Assembly: GCA_964016885.1 (NCBI GenBank)
Contig: OZ024743.1
Span: 206,026,001-206,090,000 of the forward strand
Length of the DNA: 64,000 nt
From: Eledone cirrhosa
Taxonomy: Eukaryota
Direction: 5' to 3'
This document shows positions 12,631 through 27,409 of the stretch, piece by piece (position 1 is the stretch's first letter; the number at the start of each line of letters is the position of its first letter). The position numbers were made by a program, and so were the translations under genes. The notes under the pieces were generated by a model, which saw nothing but the letters and a program-made list of their open reading frames with translations, made no database searches and was not told where the DNA came from.

Positions 12631-15600
12631 AAAAAATTATCTCCCCTTGGCTGGATGGAAATTATCTCCCCTTGGACGGCTGGAAATTATCTCCCATTGA
12701 TTTCTTCTACAAATTATCTACCCCTGATTTTTTTTTTACAAATTATCTCTCCCTGATTTTTTTTTACAAATATCTCCCCTTGGCTGGCTGGAAATTATCT
12801 CCCGTTGGCTGGCTGGAAATTATCTCCCCTTGGACGGCTGGAAATTATCTCCCATTGATTTTTTTTACAAATTATCTCCCCTTGGCTGGCTGGAAATTAT
12901 CTCCCCTTGGCTGGCTGGAAATTATCTCCCCCTGAAATTTTTTTACAAATTAGCTCCCCCTGATTTTTTTTTACAAATTATCTCCCCCTGATTTTTTTTT
13001 TTACAAATTATCTCCGCCTGATTTTTTTAAAATTATCTCCCCTTGGCTGGATGGAAATTATCTCCCCTTGGACGGCTGGAAATTATCTCCCCTTGGAAGG
13101 ATGGAAATTATCTCCCCTTGGACGGCTGGAAATTATCTCCCCTTGCACGGCTGGAAATTATCTCCCCTTGGACGGCTAGAAATTACCTCTCCTTGGACGG
13201 CTGAAAATTATCTCCCCTTGGACGGCTGGAAATTATCTCCCCCTGATTTTTTTTACAAATTATCTCCCCTTGCACGGCTGGAAATTATCTCCCTTGTCTG
13301 GAAATTATCTCCCCTTGGACGATTAGAAATTATCTCTCTTTGGACGGCTGGAAATTATCTCCCCTTGATTTTTTTTACAAATTATCTCCCCCTGATTTTT
13401 GTTACAAATCTCCCAGTGATTTTTAAAAAAAGATTATCTCCCCTTCGCTGGCTGGAAATTACCTCCCCTTGGAGGCTGGAAATTATAGCCCCTTGGAGGG
13501 CTGGAAATTATCTTCCCTTGGACGGCTGGAAATTATCTCCCCTTGATTTTTTTTACATATTATCACCCCTGATTTTTTTTTACAAATTATCTCCCCCTGA
13601 TTTTTTTACAAATTATCTCCCCCTGATTTTTTTACAAATTATCTCCCCTTGGCTGGGTGGAAATTATCTCCCCTTGGAGGCTGGAATTTATCTCCCCTTG
13701 GACGGCTGGAAATTATCTCCCCTTGGACGGCTAGAAATTATCTCCCCTTGAACGGCTGGAAATTATCTCCCCTTGGACGGCTGGAAATTATCTCCCCTTG
13801 GAAGGATGGAAATTATCTCCCCTTGGACGGCTGGAAATTATCTCCCCTTGCACGGCTGGAAATTATCTTCCCTTGGACGGCTAGAAATTACCTCTCCTTG
13901 GACGGCTGAAAATTATCTCCCCTTGGACGGCTGGAAATTATCTCCCCCTGATTTTTTTTACAAATTATCTGCCCCTGATTTTTTTTTTACAAATTATCTC
14001 CGCGTGATTTTTTTTAAAAATTATCTCCCCTTGGACGGCTGGAAATTATCTCCCCTTGATTTTTTTACAAATTATTTCCCCCTGATTTTCTTTTTTACAA
14101 ATTATCTCCGCCTGATTTTTTTTTAAAATTATCTCCCCTTGGACGGCTGGAAATTATCTCCCCTTGGACGGCTGGAAATTATCTCCCCTTGGACGGCTGG
14201 AAATTATCTCCCCTTGATTTTTTTTCCAAATTATCTCCCCCTGATTTTTTTTTACAAATTATCTACCCCTGATTTTTTTTTACAAATTATCTCCCCCTGA
14301 TTTTTTTTACAAATTATCTCCCCCTGATTTTTTTTTTACAAATTATCTCCCCCCGATTTTTTTTACAAATTATCTCCCCCTGATTTTTTTTACAAATTAT
14401 CTCCGCCTGATTTTTTAAAGTATTATCTTCCCTTGGCTGGCGGGAAATTATCTCCCCTTGGACGGCTGGAAATTATCTCCCCTTGGAAGGATGGAAATTA
14501 TCTCCCCTTGGACGGCTGGAAATTATCTCCCCTTGCACTGCTGGAAATTATCTCCCCTTGGACGGCTGGAAATTATCTGCCCTTGATTTTGTTTTTACAA
14601 ATTATCTTCCCCTGATTTTTTTTACAAATTATCTCCACCTGATTTTTTAAAAAATTATCTCCCCTTGGACGGCTGGAAATTATCTCCCCTTGGCTGGAAA
14701 TTATCTCCCTTTGGCTGGCTGGAAATTATCTCCCCCTGATATTTTTTTACAAATTAGCTCCCCCTGAATTTTTTTTACAAATTATTTTCCCCCTGATTTT
14801 TTTCACAAATTATCTCCCCCTGATTTTTTTTACAAATTATCTCCTCTGATTTAAAAAAAAAAATTATCTCCCCTTGGACGGCTGGAAATTATCTCCCCTT
14901 GGACGGCTGGAAATTATCGCCCCCTGATTTGTTTTAACAAATTATCTCCACCTGATTTTTTTACAAATCATCTCCGCCTGATTTTTTAAAAAAATTATCT
15001 CCCTTGGCTTGCTGGAAATTATCTCCCCTTGGACGGCTATAAATTATCTCTCCTTCGACGGCTGGAAATTATCTCCACTTGATTTTTTTACAAATTATCT
15101 CCCCGTGATTTTTTTTTACCAATCTACCCCTGATTTAAAAAAAAAATTATCTCCCCTTCGCTGGCTGGAAATTATCTCCCCTTGGACGGCTGGAAATTAT
15201 CTCCCCTTGATTTTTTTTACAAATTATCTCCCCCTGATTTTTTTTTACAAATTATCTCCCCCTGATTTTTTTTTTACAAATTATCTCCGCCTGATTTTTT
15301 AAAAATTATCTCTCCTTGGCTGGATGGAAATCATCTCCCCCTGATTTTTTTTACAAATTATCTCCCCTTGCACGGCTGGAAATTATCTCCCCTTGGACGG
15401 CTGGAAATTATCTCCCGTTGGCTGCAAATTATCTCCCCTTGGACGGCTAGAAATTACCTCTCTTTGGACGGCTGGAAATTATCTCCCCTTGATTTTTTTT
15501 ACAAATTATCTCCCCCTGATTTTTTTTACAAATCTCCCAGTGATTTTTTAAAAAAAATTATCTCCCCTTCGCTGGCTGGAAATTATCTCCCCTTGGACGC

Positions 15601-18600
15601 TGGAAATTATAGCCCCTTGGAGGGCTGGAAATTATCTTCCCTTGGACGGCTGGAAATTATCTCCCCTTGGACGGATGGAAATTATCTCCCCTAGGACGGC
15701 TAGAAATTACCTCTCCTTGGACGGCTGAAAATTATCTCCCCTTGGACGGCTGGAAATTATCTCCCCTTGATTTTTTTTAAAAATTATCTCCCTCTGATTT
15801 TTTTTTACAAATTATCTCCCCCTGATTTTTTTTTACAAATTATCTCCCCCTGATTTTTTTTTACAAATTATCTCCCCCTGATTTTTTTACAAATCATCTC
15901 CCCTTGGCTGGCTGGCAATTATCTCCCCTTGGAGGCTGGAATTTATCTCCCCTTGGACGGCTGGAAATTATCTCCCCTTGGACGGCTAGAAATTACCTCT
16001 CCTTGTACGGCTGGAAATTATCTCCCCTTGAACGGCTGGAAATTATCTCTCCTTGGACGGCTGGAAATTATCTCCCCTTGGACGGCTGGAAATTACCTCT
16101 CCTTGGACGGCTGGAAATTATCTCCCCTTGGACGGCTGGAAATTATCTCCCCTTGGACGGCTGGAAATTATTTCCCCTTGATTTTTTTTACAAATTATCT
16201 CCCCCTGATTTTTTTTACAAATTATCTCCGCCTGATTTTTTAAAATATTATCTTCCCTTGGCTGGCGGGAAATTATCTCCCCTTGGACGCCTGGAAATTA
16301 TCTCCCCTTGGAAGGATGGAAATTATCTCCCCTTGGACGGCTGGAAATTATCTCCCCTTGCACTGCTGGAAATTATCTCCCCTTGGACGGCTGGAAATTA
16401 TCTGCCCTTGATTTTGTTTTTACAAATTATCTTCCCCTGATTTTTTTTACAAATTATCTCCACCTGATTTTTAAAAAAATTATCTCCCCTTGGCTGGAAA
16501 TTATCTCCCCTTGGACGATTAGAAATTATCTCTCTTTGGACGGCTGGAAATTATCTCCCCTTGATTTTTTTTACAAATTATCTCCCCCTGATTTTTTTTA
16601 CAAATCTCCCAGTGATTTTTTTAAAAAAATTATCTCCCCTTCGCTGGCTGGAAATTATCTCCCCTTGGACGCTGGAAATTATAGCCCCTTGGAGGGCTGG
16701 AAGTTATCTTCCCTTGGAGGGCTGGAAATTATCTTCCCTTGGACGGCTGGAAATTATCTCCCCTTGATTTTTTTTACAAATTATCTCCCCCTGATTTTTT
16801 TTTACAAATTATCTCCCCCTGATTTTTTTTTACAAATTATCTCCTGATTTTTTTTACAAATTATCTCCCCTTGGCTGGCTGGAAATTATCTCCCTTTGGA
16901 GGCTGGAATTTATCTCCCCTTGGACGGCTAGAAATTACCTCTCCTTGGACGGCTGAAAATTATCTCCCCTTGATTTTTTTTACGAATTATCTCCCCCTGA
17001 TTTTTTTTTTTACAAATTATCTCCCCCTGATTTTATTTTACATATTATCTACCCCTGATTTTTATTTACAAATTATCTCCCCCTGATTTTTTTTACAAAT
17101 TATCTCCCCCTCATTTTTTTTTTACAAATTATCTGCCCCTGATTTTTTTACAAATTATCTCCCCCTGATTTATTTTACAAATTATCTCCGCCTGATTTTT
17201 TTTAATATTATCTTCCCTTGGCTGGCGGGAAATTATCTCCCCTTGGACGGCTGGAAACTATCTCCCCTTGGACAGCTGGAAATTATCTGCCCTTGATTTT
17301 GTTTTTACAAATTATCTCCCCCTGATTTTTTTTACAAATTATCTCCACCTGATTTTTTAAAAAATTATCTCCTCTTGGACGGCTGGAAATTATCTCCCGT
17401 TGGCTGCAAATTATCTCCCCTTGGACGGCTAGAAATTACCTCTCTTTGGACGGCTGGAAATTATCTCCCCTTGATTTTTTTTACAAATTATCTCCCCCTG
17501 ATTTTTTTTACAAATCTCCCAGTGATTTTTTAAAAAAAATTATCTCCCCTTCGCTGGCTGGAAATTATCTCCCCTTGGACGCTGGAAATTATAGCCCCTT
17601 GGAGGGCTGGAAATTATCTTCCCTTGGACGGCTGGAAATTATCTCCCCTTGATTTTTTTTACATATTATCTCCCCCTTTTTTTTTACAAATTATCTCCCC
17701 GATTTTTTTCTACAAATTATCTCCCCCTGATTTTTTTTTTACAAATTATCTCCGCCTGATTTTTTAAAAAAAATTATCTCCCCTTGGACGGCTGGAAATT
17801 ATCTCCCCTTGAACGGCTGGAAATTATCTCCCCTAGGACGGCTAGAAATTACCTCTCCTTGGACGGCTGAAAATTATCTCCCCTTGGACGGCTGGAAATT
17901 ATCTCCCCTTGATTTTTTTACAAATTATCTCCCTCTGATTTTTTTTTACAAATTATCTCCCCCTGATTTTTTTTTACAAATTATCTCCCCCTGATTTTTT
18001 TTTACAAATTATCTCCCCCTGATTTTTTTACAAATTATCTCCCTTTGGCTGTCTGGCAATTATCTCCCCTTGGAGGCTGGAATTTATCTCCCCTTGGACG
18101 GCTGGAAATTATCTCCCCTTGGACGGCTAGAAATTACCTCTCCTTGTACGGCTGGAAATTATCTCCCCTTGAACGGCTGGAAATTATCTCCCCTTGGACG
18201 GCTGGAAATTATCTCCCCTTGGACGGCTGGAAATTACCTCTCCTTGGACGGCTGGAAATTATCTCCCCTTGGACGGCTGGAAATTATCTCCCCTTGGACG
18301 GCTGGAAATTATTTCCCCTTGATTTTTTTTACAAATTATCTCCCCCTGATTTTTTTTACAAATCTCCCCCTAATTTAAAAAAAAATTATCTCCCCTTCGC
18401 TGGCTGGAAATTATCTCCCTTTGGACGGCTTGAAATTATAGCTGCTTGTAGGGCTGGAAATTATCTCCCCTTGGACGGCTGGAAATTACCTCTCCTTCGA
18501 CGGCTGAAAATTATCTCCCCTTGGACGGCTGGAAATTATCTCCCCCTGATTTTTTTTTACAAATTATCTCCGCCTGATTTTTTTTTAAAAATTATCTCCC

Positions 18601-20989
18601 CTTGGCTGGATGGAAATTTTCTCCCCTTGGACGGCTGGAAATTATCTCCCCTTTATGTTTTCTACAAATTATCTACCCCTGATTTTTTTTTTACAAATTA
18701 TCTCTCCCTGATTTTTTTTACAAATATCTCCCCTTGGCTGGCTGGAAATTATCTCCCCTTGGCTGGCTGGAAATTATCTCCCCTTGGACGGCTGGAAATT
18801 ATCTCCCCTTGGACGCCTAGAAATCACCTCTACTTGGACAGCTGTAAATTATCTCCCCTTGGACGGCTGGAAATTATCTCGCCTTGGACGGCTGGAAATT
18901 ATCTCCCCTTGAACGGCTAGAAATTACCTCTCCTTGGACGGCTGAAAATTATCTCCCCTTGGACGGCTGGAAATTATCTCCCCTTGATTTTTTTACAAAT
19001 TATCTCCCCCTGATTTTTTTTTTACAAATTATCTCCGCCTGATTTTTTTTAAACATTATCTCCCCTTGGACGGCTGGAAATTATCTCCCCTTGGACGGCT
19101 GGAAATTATCTCCCCTTGATTTTTTTTCCAAATTATCTCCCCCTGATTTTTTTTTTACAAATTATCTACCCCTGATTTTTTTTTCAAATTATCTCCCCCT
19201 GATTTTTTTTACAAATTATCTCCCCCTGATTTTTTTTACAAATTATCTCCCCCCGATTTTTTTACAAATTATCTCCCCCTGATTTTTTTTACAAATTATC
19301 TCCGCCTGATTTTTTTTAATATTATCTTCCCTTGGCTGGCGGGAAATTATCTCCCCTTGGACGGCTGGAAATTATCTCCCCTTGGAAGGATGGAAATTAT
19401 CTCCCCTTGGACGGCTGGAAATTATCTCCCCTTGCACTGCTGGAAATTATCTCCCCTTGGACGGCTGGAAATTATCTGCCCTTGATTTTGTTTTTACAAA
19501 TTATCTTCCCCTGATTTTTTTACAAATTATCTCCACCTGATTTTTTAAAAAATTATCTCCCCTTGGACGGCTGGAAATTATCTCCCCTTGGCTGGAAATT
19601 ATCTCCCCTTGGACGGCTAGAAATTATCTCTCTTTGGACGGCTGGAAATTATCTCCCCTTGGACGCTGGAAATTATAGCCCCTTGGAGGGCTGGAAGTTA
19701 TCTTCCCTTGGAGGGCTGGAAATTATCTTCCCTTGGACGGCTAGAAATTACCTCTCCTTGGACGGCTGAAAATTATCTCCCCTTGGACGGCTGGAAATTA
19801 TCTCCCCTTGATTTTTTTTACAAATTATCTCCCCCTGATTATTTTTTACAAATTATCTCCCCCTGATTTTTTTTTTTACAAATTATCTCCCCTTGGACGG
19901 CTGGAAATTATCTCCCCTTGGACGGCTGGAAATTATCTCCCCTTGGACGGCTAGAAATTACCTCTCCTTGGACGGCTGAAAATTATCTCTCCTTGGACGG
20001 CTGGAAATTATCTCCCCTTTATGTCTTCTACAAATTATCTACCCCTGATTTTTTTTTACAAATTATCTCTCCCTGATTTTTTTTACAAATATCTCCCCTT
20101 GGTTGGCTGGAAATTATCTCCCCTTGGCTGGCTGGAAATTATCTCCCCTTGGACGGCTGGAAATTATCTCCCCTTGGACGCCTAGAAATTACCTCTCCTT
20201 GGACAGCTGTAAATTATCTCCCCTTGGACGGCTGGAAATTATCTCGCCTTGGACGGCTGGAAATTATCTCCCCTTGATTTTGTATACAAATTATCTCCCC
20301 CTGATTTTTTTTTACAAATTATCTGCCCCTGATTATTTTTTTACAAATTAGCTCCGCCTGATTTTTTTTAAAAATTATCTCCCCTTGGACGGCTGGAAAT
20401 TATCTCCCCTTGGACGGCTGGAAATTATCTCCCCTTGAACGGCTAGAAATTACCTCTCCTTGGACGGCTGAAAATTATCTCTCCTTGGACGGCTGGAAAT
20501 TATCTCCCCTTGATTTTTTTACAAATTATCTCCCCCTGATTTTTTTTTTCCAAATTATCTCCCCCTGATTTTTTTTTCCAAATTATCTCCCCCTGATTTT
20601 TTTTTTACAAATTATCTCCCCCTGATTTTTTTTTACAAATTATCTCCCCCTGATTTTTTTACAAATTATCTCCCCTTGGCTGGCTGGAAATTATCTCCCC
20701 TTGGAGGCTGGAATTTATCTCCCCTTGGACGGCTGGAAATTATCTCCCCTTGGACGGCTAGAAATTACCTCTCCTTGGACGGCTGGAAATTATCTCCCCT
20801 TGAACGGCTGGAAATTATCTCCCCTTGGACGGCTGGAAATTATCACCCCTTGGACGGCTGGAAATTACCTCTCCTTGGACGGCTGGAAATTATCTCCCCT
20901 TGGACGGCTGGAAATTATCTCCCCTTGGACGGCTGGAAATTATTTCCCCTTGATTTTTTTTACAAATTATCTCCCCCTGATTTTTTTTA

Positions 20990-22740
20990 CAAATCTCCCA
21001 GTGATTTTTAAAAAAAATTATCTCCCCTTCGCTGGCTGGAAATTATCTCCCCTTGGACGCTGGAAATTATAGCCCCTTGGAGGGCTGGAAATTATCTTCC
21101 CTTGGACGGCTGGAAATTATCTCCCCTTGGACGGCTGGAAATTATCTCCCCTAGGACGGCTAGAAATTACCTCTCCTTGGACGGCAGAAAATTATCTCCC
21201 CTTGGACGGCTGGAAATTATCTCCCCTTGATTTTTTTTAAAAATTATCTCCCTCTGATTTTTTTTTACAAATTATCTCCCCCTGATTTTTTTTTACAAAT
21301 TATCTCCCCCTGATTTTTTTACAAATCATCTCCCCTTGGCTGGCTGGCAATTATCTCCCCTTGGAGGCTGGAATTTATCTCCCCTTGGACGGCTGGAAAT
21401 TATCTCCCCTTGGACGGCTAGAAATTACCTCTCCTTGTACGGCTGGAAATTATCTCCCCTTGAACGGCTGGAAATTATCTCCCCTTGGACGGCTGGAAAT
21501 TATCTCCCCTTGGACGGCTGGAAATTACCTCTCCTTGGACGGCTGGAAATTATCTCCCCTTGGACGGCTGGAAATTATCTCCCCTTGGACGGCTGGAAAT
21601 TATTTCCCCTTGATTTTTTTTACAAATTATCTCCCCCTGATTTTTTTTACAAATTATCTCCGCCTGATTTTTTAAAATATTATCTTCCCTTGGCTGGCGG
21701 GAAATTATCTCCCCTTGGACGCCTGGAAATTATCTCCCCTTGGAAGGATGGAAATTATCTCCCCTTGGACGGCTGGAAATTATCTCCCCTTGCACTGCTG
21801 GAAATTATCTCCCCTTGGACGGCTGGAAATTATCTGCCCTTGATTTTGTTTTTACAAATTATCTTCCCCTGATTTTTTTTACAAATTATCTCCACCTGAT
21901 TTTTAAAAAAATTATCTCCCCTTGGCTGGAAATTATCTCCCCTTGGACGATTAGAAATTATCTCTCTTTGGACGGCTGGAAATTATCTCCCCTTGATTTT
22001 TTTTACAAATTATCTCCCCCTGATTTTTTTTACAAATCTCCCAGTGATTTTTTTTTTTAAATTATCTCCCCTTCGCTGGCTGGAAATTATCTCCCCTTGG
22101 ACGCTGGAAATTATAGCCCCTTGGAGGGCTGGAAGTTATCTTCCCTTGGAGGGCTGGAAATTATCTTCCCTTGGACGGCTGGAAATTATCTCCCCTTGAT
22201 TTTTTTTACAAATTATCTCCCCCTGATTTTTTTTTACAAATTATCTCCCCCTGATTTTTTTTTACAAATTATCTCCTGATTTTTTTTACAAATTATCTCC
22301 CCTTGGCTGGCTGGAAATTATCTCCCCTTGGTGGCTGGAATTTATCTCCCCTTGGACGGCTAGAAATTACCTCTCCTTGGACGGCTGAAAATTATCTCCC
22401 CTTGATTTTTTTTACGAATTATCTCCCCCTGATTTTTTTTTTTACAAATTATCTCCCCCTGATTTTATTTTACATATTATCTACCCCTGATTTTTATTTA
22501 CAAATTATCTCCCCCTGATTTTTTTTACAAATTATCTCCCCCTCATTTTTTTTTTACAAATTATCTGCCCCTGATTTTTTTACAAATTATCTCCCCCTGA
22601 TTTATTTTACAAATTATCTCCGCCTGATTTTTTTAAATATTATCTTCCCTTGGCTGGCGGGAAATTATCTCCCCTTGGACGGCTGGAAACTATCTCCCCT
22701 TGGACAGCTGGAAATTATCTGCCCTTGATTTTGTTTTTAC
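20990..22740 (+). repeat. ~1.75 kb direct duplicate of ~15530-17310 (offset ~5432)
   Basis: ORF pairs 15904/21336, 16308/21740, 16561/21993 and 16871/22303 all have offset 5432. Both copies carry acaaatcatctcccc and ccccctcattttt. Confidence 0.85.
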
Positions 22741-25700
22741 AAATTATCTCCCCTTGGCTGGCTGGAAATTATCTCCCCTTGGCTGGCTGGAAATTATCTC
22801 CCCCTGATATTTTTTTACAAATTAGCTCCCCCTGATTTTTTTTTACAAATTATCTCCCCCTGATTTTTTTTTTTACAAATTATCTCCGCCTGATTTTTTT
22901 AAAATTATCTCCCCTTGGCTGGATGGAAATTATCTCCCCTTGGACGGCTGGAAATTATCTCCCCTTGGAAGGATGGAAATTATCTCCCCTTGGACGGCTG
23001 GAAATTATCTCCCCTTGCACGGCTGGAAATTATCTCCCCTTGGACGGCTAGAAATTACCTCTCCTTGGACGGCTGAAAATTATCTCCCCTTGGACGGCTG
23101 GAAATTATCTCCCCCTGATTTTTTTTACAAATTATCTCCCCTTGCACGGCTGGAAATTATCTCCCCTTGGACGGCTGGAAATTATCTGCCCTTGATTTTG
23201 TTTTTACAAATTATCTCCCCCTGATTTTTTTTACAAATTATCTCCACCTGATATTTAAAAAAATTATCTCCCCTTGGACGGCTGGAAATTATCTCCCCTT
23301 GGCTGGAAATTATCTCCCCTTGGACGATTAGAAATTATCTCTCTTTGGACGGCTGGAAATTATCTCCCCTTGATTTTTTTTACAAATTATCTCCCCCTGA
23401 TTTTTTTTACAAATCTCCCAGTGATTTTTTAAAAAAAATTATCTCCCCTTCGCTGGCTGGAAATTACCTCCCCTTGGACGCTGGAAATTATAGCCCCTTG
23501 GAGGGCTGGAAATTATCTTCCCTTGGACGGCTGGAAATTATCTCCCCTTGATTTTTTTTACATATTATCACCCCTGATTTTTTTTTACAAATTATCTCCC
23601 CCTGTTCTTTTTTACAAATTATCTCCCCCTGATTTTTTTACAAATTATCTCCCCTTGGCTGGGTGGAAATTATCTCCCCTTGGAGGCTGGAATTTATCTC
23701 CCCTTGGACGGCTGGAAATTATCTCCCCTTGGACGGCTAGAAATTATCTCCCCTTGAACGGCTGGAAATTATCTCCCCTTGGACGGCTGGAAATTATCTC
23801 CCCTTGGAAGGATGGAAATTATCTCCCCTTGGACGGCTGGAAATTATCTCCCCTTGCACGGCTGGAAATTATCTTCCCTTGGACGGCTAGAAATTACCTC
23901 TCCTTGGACGGCTGAAAATTATCTCCCCTTGGACGGCTGGAAATTATCTCCCCCTGATTTTTTTTACAAATTATCTCCCCTTGCACGGCTGGAAATTATC
24001 TCACCTTGGACGGATGGAAATTATCTGCCCTTGATTTTGTTTTTACAAATGATCTCCCCCTGATTTTTTTTACAAATTATCTGCCCCTGATTTTTTTTTT
24101 ACAAATTATCTCCGCCTGATTTTTTTTTAAAATTATCTCCCCTTGGACGGCTGGAAATTATCTCCCCTTGGACGGCTGGAAATTATCTCCCCTTGATTTT
24201 TTTACAAATTATCTCCGCCTGATTTTTTTTTTACAAATTATCTCCGCCTGATTTTTTTTTAAAATTATCTCCCCTTGGACGGCTGGAAATTATCTCCCCT
24301 TGGACGGCTGGAAATTATCTCCCCTTGATTTTTTTTTCCAAATTATCTCCCCCTGATTTTTTTTTACAAATTATCTACCCCTGATTTTTTTTATACAAAT
24401 TATCTCCCCCTGATTTTTTTTACAAATTATCTCCCCCTGATTTTTTTTTTACAAATTATCTCCCCCCGATTTTTTTACAAATTATCTCCCCCTGAATTTT
24501 TTTACAAATTATCTCCGCCTGATTTTTTAAAGTATTATCTTCCCTTGGCTGGCGGGAAATTATCTCCCCTTGGACGGCTGGAAATTATCTCCCCTTGGAA
24601 GGATGGAAACTATCTCCCCTTGGACGGCTGGAAATTATCTCCCCTTGCACTGCTGGAAATTATCTCCCCTTGGACGGCTGGAAATTATCTGCCCTTGATT
24701 TTGTTTTTACAAATTATCTTCCCCTGATTTTTTTTACAAATTATCTCCACCTGATTTTTTAAAAAATTATCTCCCCTTGGACGGCTGGAAATTATCTCCC
24801 CTTGGCTGGAAATTATCTCCCTTTGGCTGGCTGGAAATTATCTCCCCCTGATATTTTTTTACAAATTAGCTCCCCCTGATTTTTTTTTACAAATTATCTC
24901 CCCCTGATTTTTTTCACAAATTATCTCCCCCTGATTTTTTTTACAAATTATCTCCTCTGATTTAAAAAAAAAAATTATCTCCCCTTGGACGGCTGGAAAT
25001 TATCTCCCCTTGGACGGCTGGAAATTATCGCCCCCTGATTTGTTTTAACAAATTATCTCCACCTGATTTTTTTACAAATCATCTCCGCCTGATTTTTTTA
25101 AAAAATTATCTCCCTTGGCTTGCTGGAAATTATCTCCCCTTGGACGGCTATGAATTATCTCTCCTTCGACGGCTGGAAATTATCTCCACTTGATTTTTTT
25201 ACAAATTATCTCCCCGTGATTTTTTTTTACCAATCTACCCCTGATTTAAATAAAAAAATTATCTCCCCTTCGCTGGCTGGAAATTATCTCCCCTTGGACG
25301 GCTGGAAATTATCTCCCCTTGATTTTTTTTACAAATTATCTCCCCCTGATTTTTTTTTACAAATTATCTCCCCCTGATTTTTTTTTTACAAATTATCTCC
25401 GCCTGATTTTTTAAAAATTATCTCTCCTTGGCTGGATGGAAATCATCTCCCCCTGATTTTTTTTACAAATTATCTCCCCTTGCACGGCTGGAAATTATCT
25501 CCCCTTGGACGGCTGGAAATTATCTCCCGTTGGCTGCAAATTATCTCCCCTTGGACGGCTAGAAATTACCTCTCTTTGGACGGCTGGAAATTATCTCCCC
25601 TTGATTTTTTTTACAAATTATCTCCCCCTGATTTTTTTTACAAATCTCCCAGTGATTTTTTTAAAAAAATTATCTCCCCTTCGCTGGCTGGAAATTATCT

Positions 25701-27409
25701 CCCCTTGGACGCTAGAAATTATAGCCCCTTGGAGGGCTGGAAATTATCTTCCCTTGGACGGCTGGAAATTATCTCCCCTTGATTTTTTTTACATATTATC
25801 TCCCCCTGATTTTTTTTTACAAATTATCTCCCCGATTTTTTTCTACAAATTATCTCCCCCTGATTTTTTTTTTACAAATTATCTCCGCCTGATTTTTAAA
25901 AAAAAATTATCTCCCCTTGGACGGCTGGAAATTATCTCCCCTTGGACGGCTGGAAATTATCTCCCCTAGGACGGCTAGAAATTACCTCTCCTTGGACGGC
26001 TGAAAATTATCTCCCCTTGGACGGCTGGAAATTATCTCCCCTTGATTTTTTTAAAAAATTATCTCCCTCTGATTTTTTTTTACAAATTATCTCCCCCTGA
26101 TTTTTTTTTACAAATTATATCCCCCTGATTTTTTTTTACAAATTATCTCCCCCTGATTTTTTTACAAATTATCTCCCCTTGGCTGGCTGGCAATTATCTC
26201 CCCTTGGAGGCTGGAATTTATCTCCCCTTGGACGGCTGGAAATTATCTCCCCTTGGACGGCTAGAAATTACCTCTCCTTGTACGGCTGGAAATTATCTCC
26301 CCTTGAACGGCTGGAAATTATCTCCCCTTGGACGGCTGGAAATTATCTCCCCTTGGACGGCTGGAAATTACCTCTCCTTGGACAGCTGGAAATTATCTCC
26401 CCTTGGACGGCTGGAAATTATCTCCCCTTGGACGGCTGGAAATTATTTCCCCTTGATTTTTTTTACAAATTATCTCCCCCTGATTTTTTTTACAAATTAT
26501 CTCCGCCTGATTTTTTAAAATATTATCTTCCCTTGGCTGGCGGGAAATTATCTCCCCTTGGACGCCTGGAAATTATCTCCCCTTGGAAGGATGGAAATTA
26601 TCTCCCCTTGGACGGCTGGAAATTATCTCCCCTTGCACTGCTGGAAATTATCTCCCCTTGGACGGCTGGAAATTATCTGCCCTTGATTTTGTTTTTACAA
26701 ATTATCTTCCCCTGATTTTTTTTACAAATTATCTCCACCTGATTTTTAAAAAAATTATCTCCCCTTGGCTGGAAATTTTCTCCCCTTGGACGATTAGAAA
26801 TTATCTCTCTTTGGACGGCTGGAAATTATCTCCCCTTGATTTTTTTTACAAATTATCTCCCCCTGATTTTTTTTACAAATCTCCCAGTGATTTTTTTAAA
26901 AAAATTATCTCCCCTTCGCTGGCTGGAAATTATCTCCCCTTGGACGCTGGAAATTATAGCCCCTTGGAGGGCTGGAAGTTATCTTCCCTTGGAGGGCTGG
27001 AAATTATCTTCCCTTGGACGGCTGGAAATTATCTCCCCTTGATTTTTTTTACAAATTATCTCCCCCTGATTTTTTTTTACAAATTATCTCCCCCTGATTT
27101 TTTTTTACAAATTATCTCCTGATTTTTTTTACAAATTATCTCCCCTTGGCTGGCTGGAAATTATCTCCCCTTGGAGGCTGGAATTTATCTCCCCTTGGAC
27201 GGCTAGAAATTACCTCTCCTTGGACGGCTGAAAATTATCTCCCCTTGATTTTTTTTACGAATTATCTCCCCCTGATTTTTTTTTTTACAAATTATCTCCC
27301 CCTGATTTTATTTTACATATTATCTACCCCTGATTTTTATTTACAAATTATCTCCCCCTGATTTATTTTACAAATTATCTCCGCCTGATTTTTTTAAATA
27401 TTATCTTCC

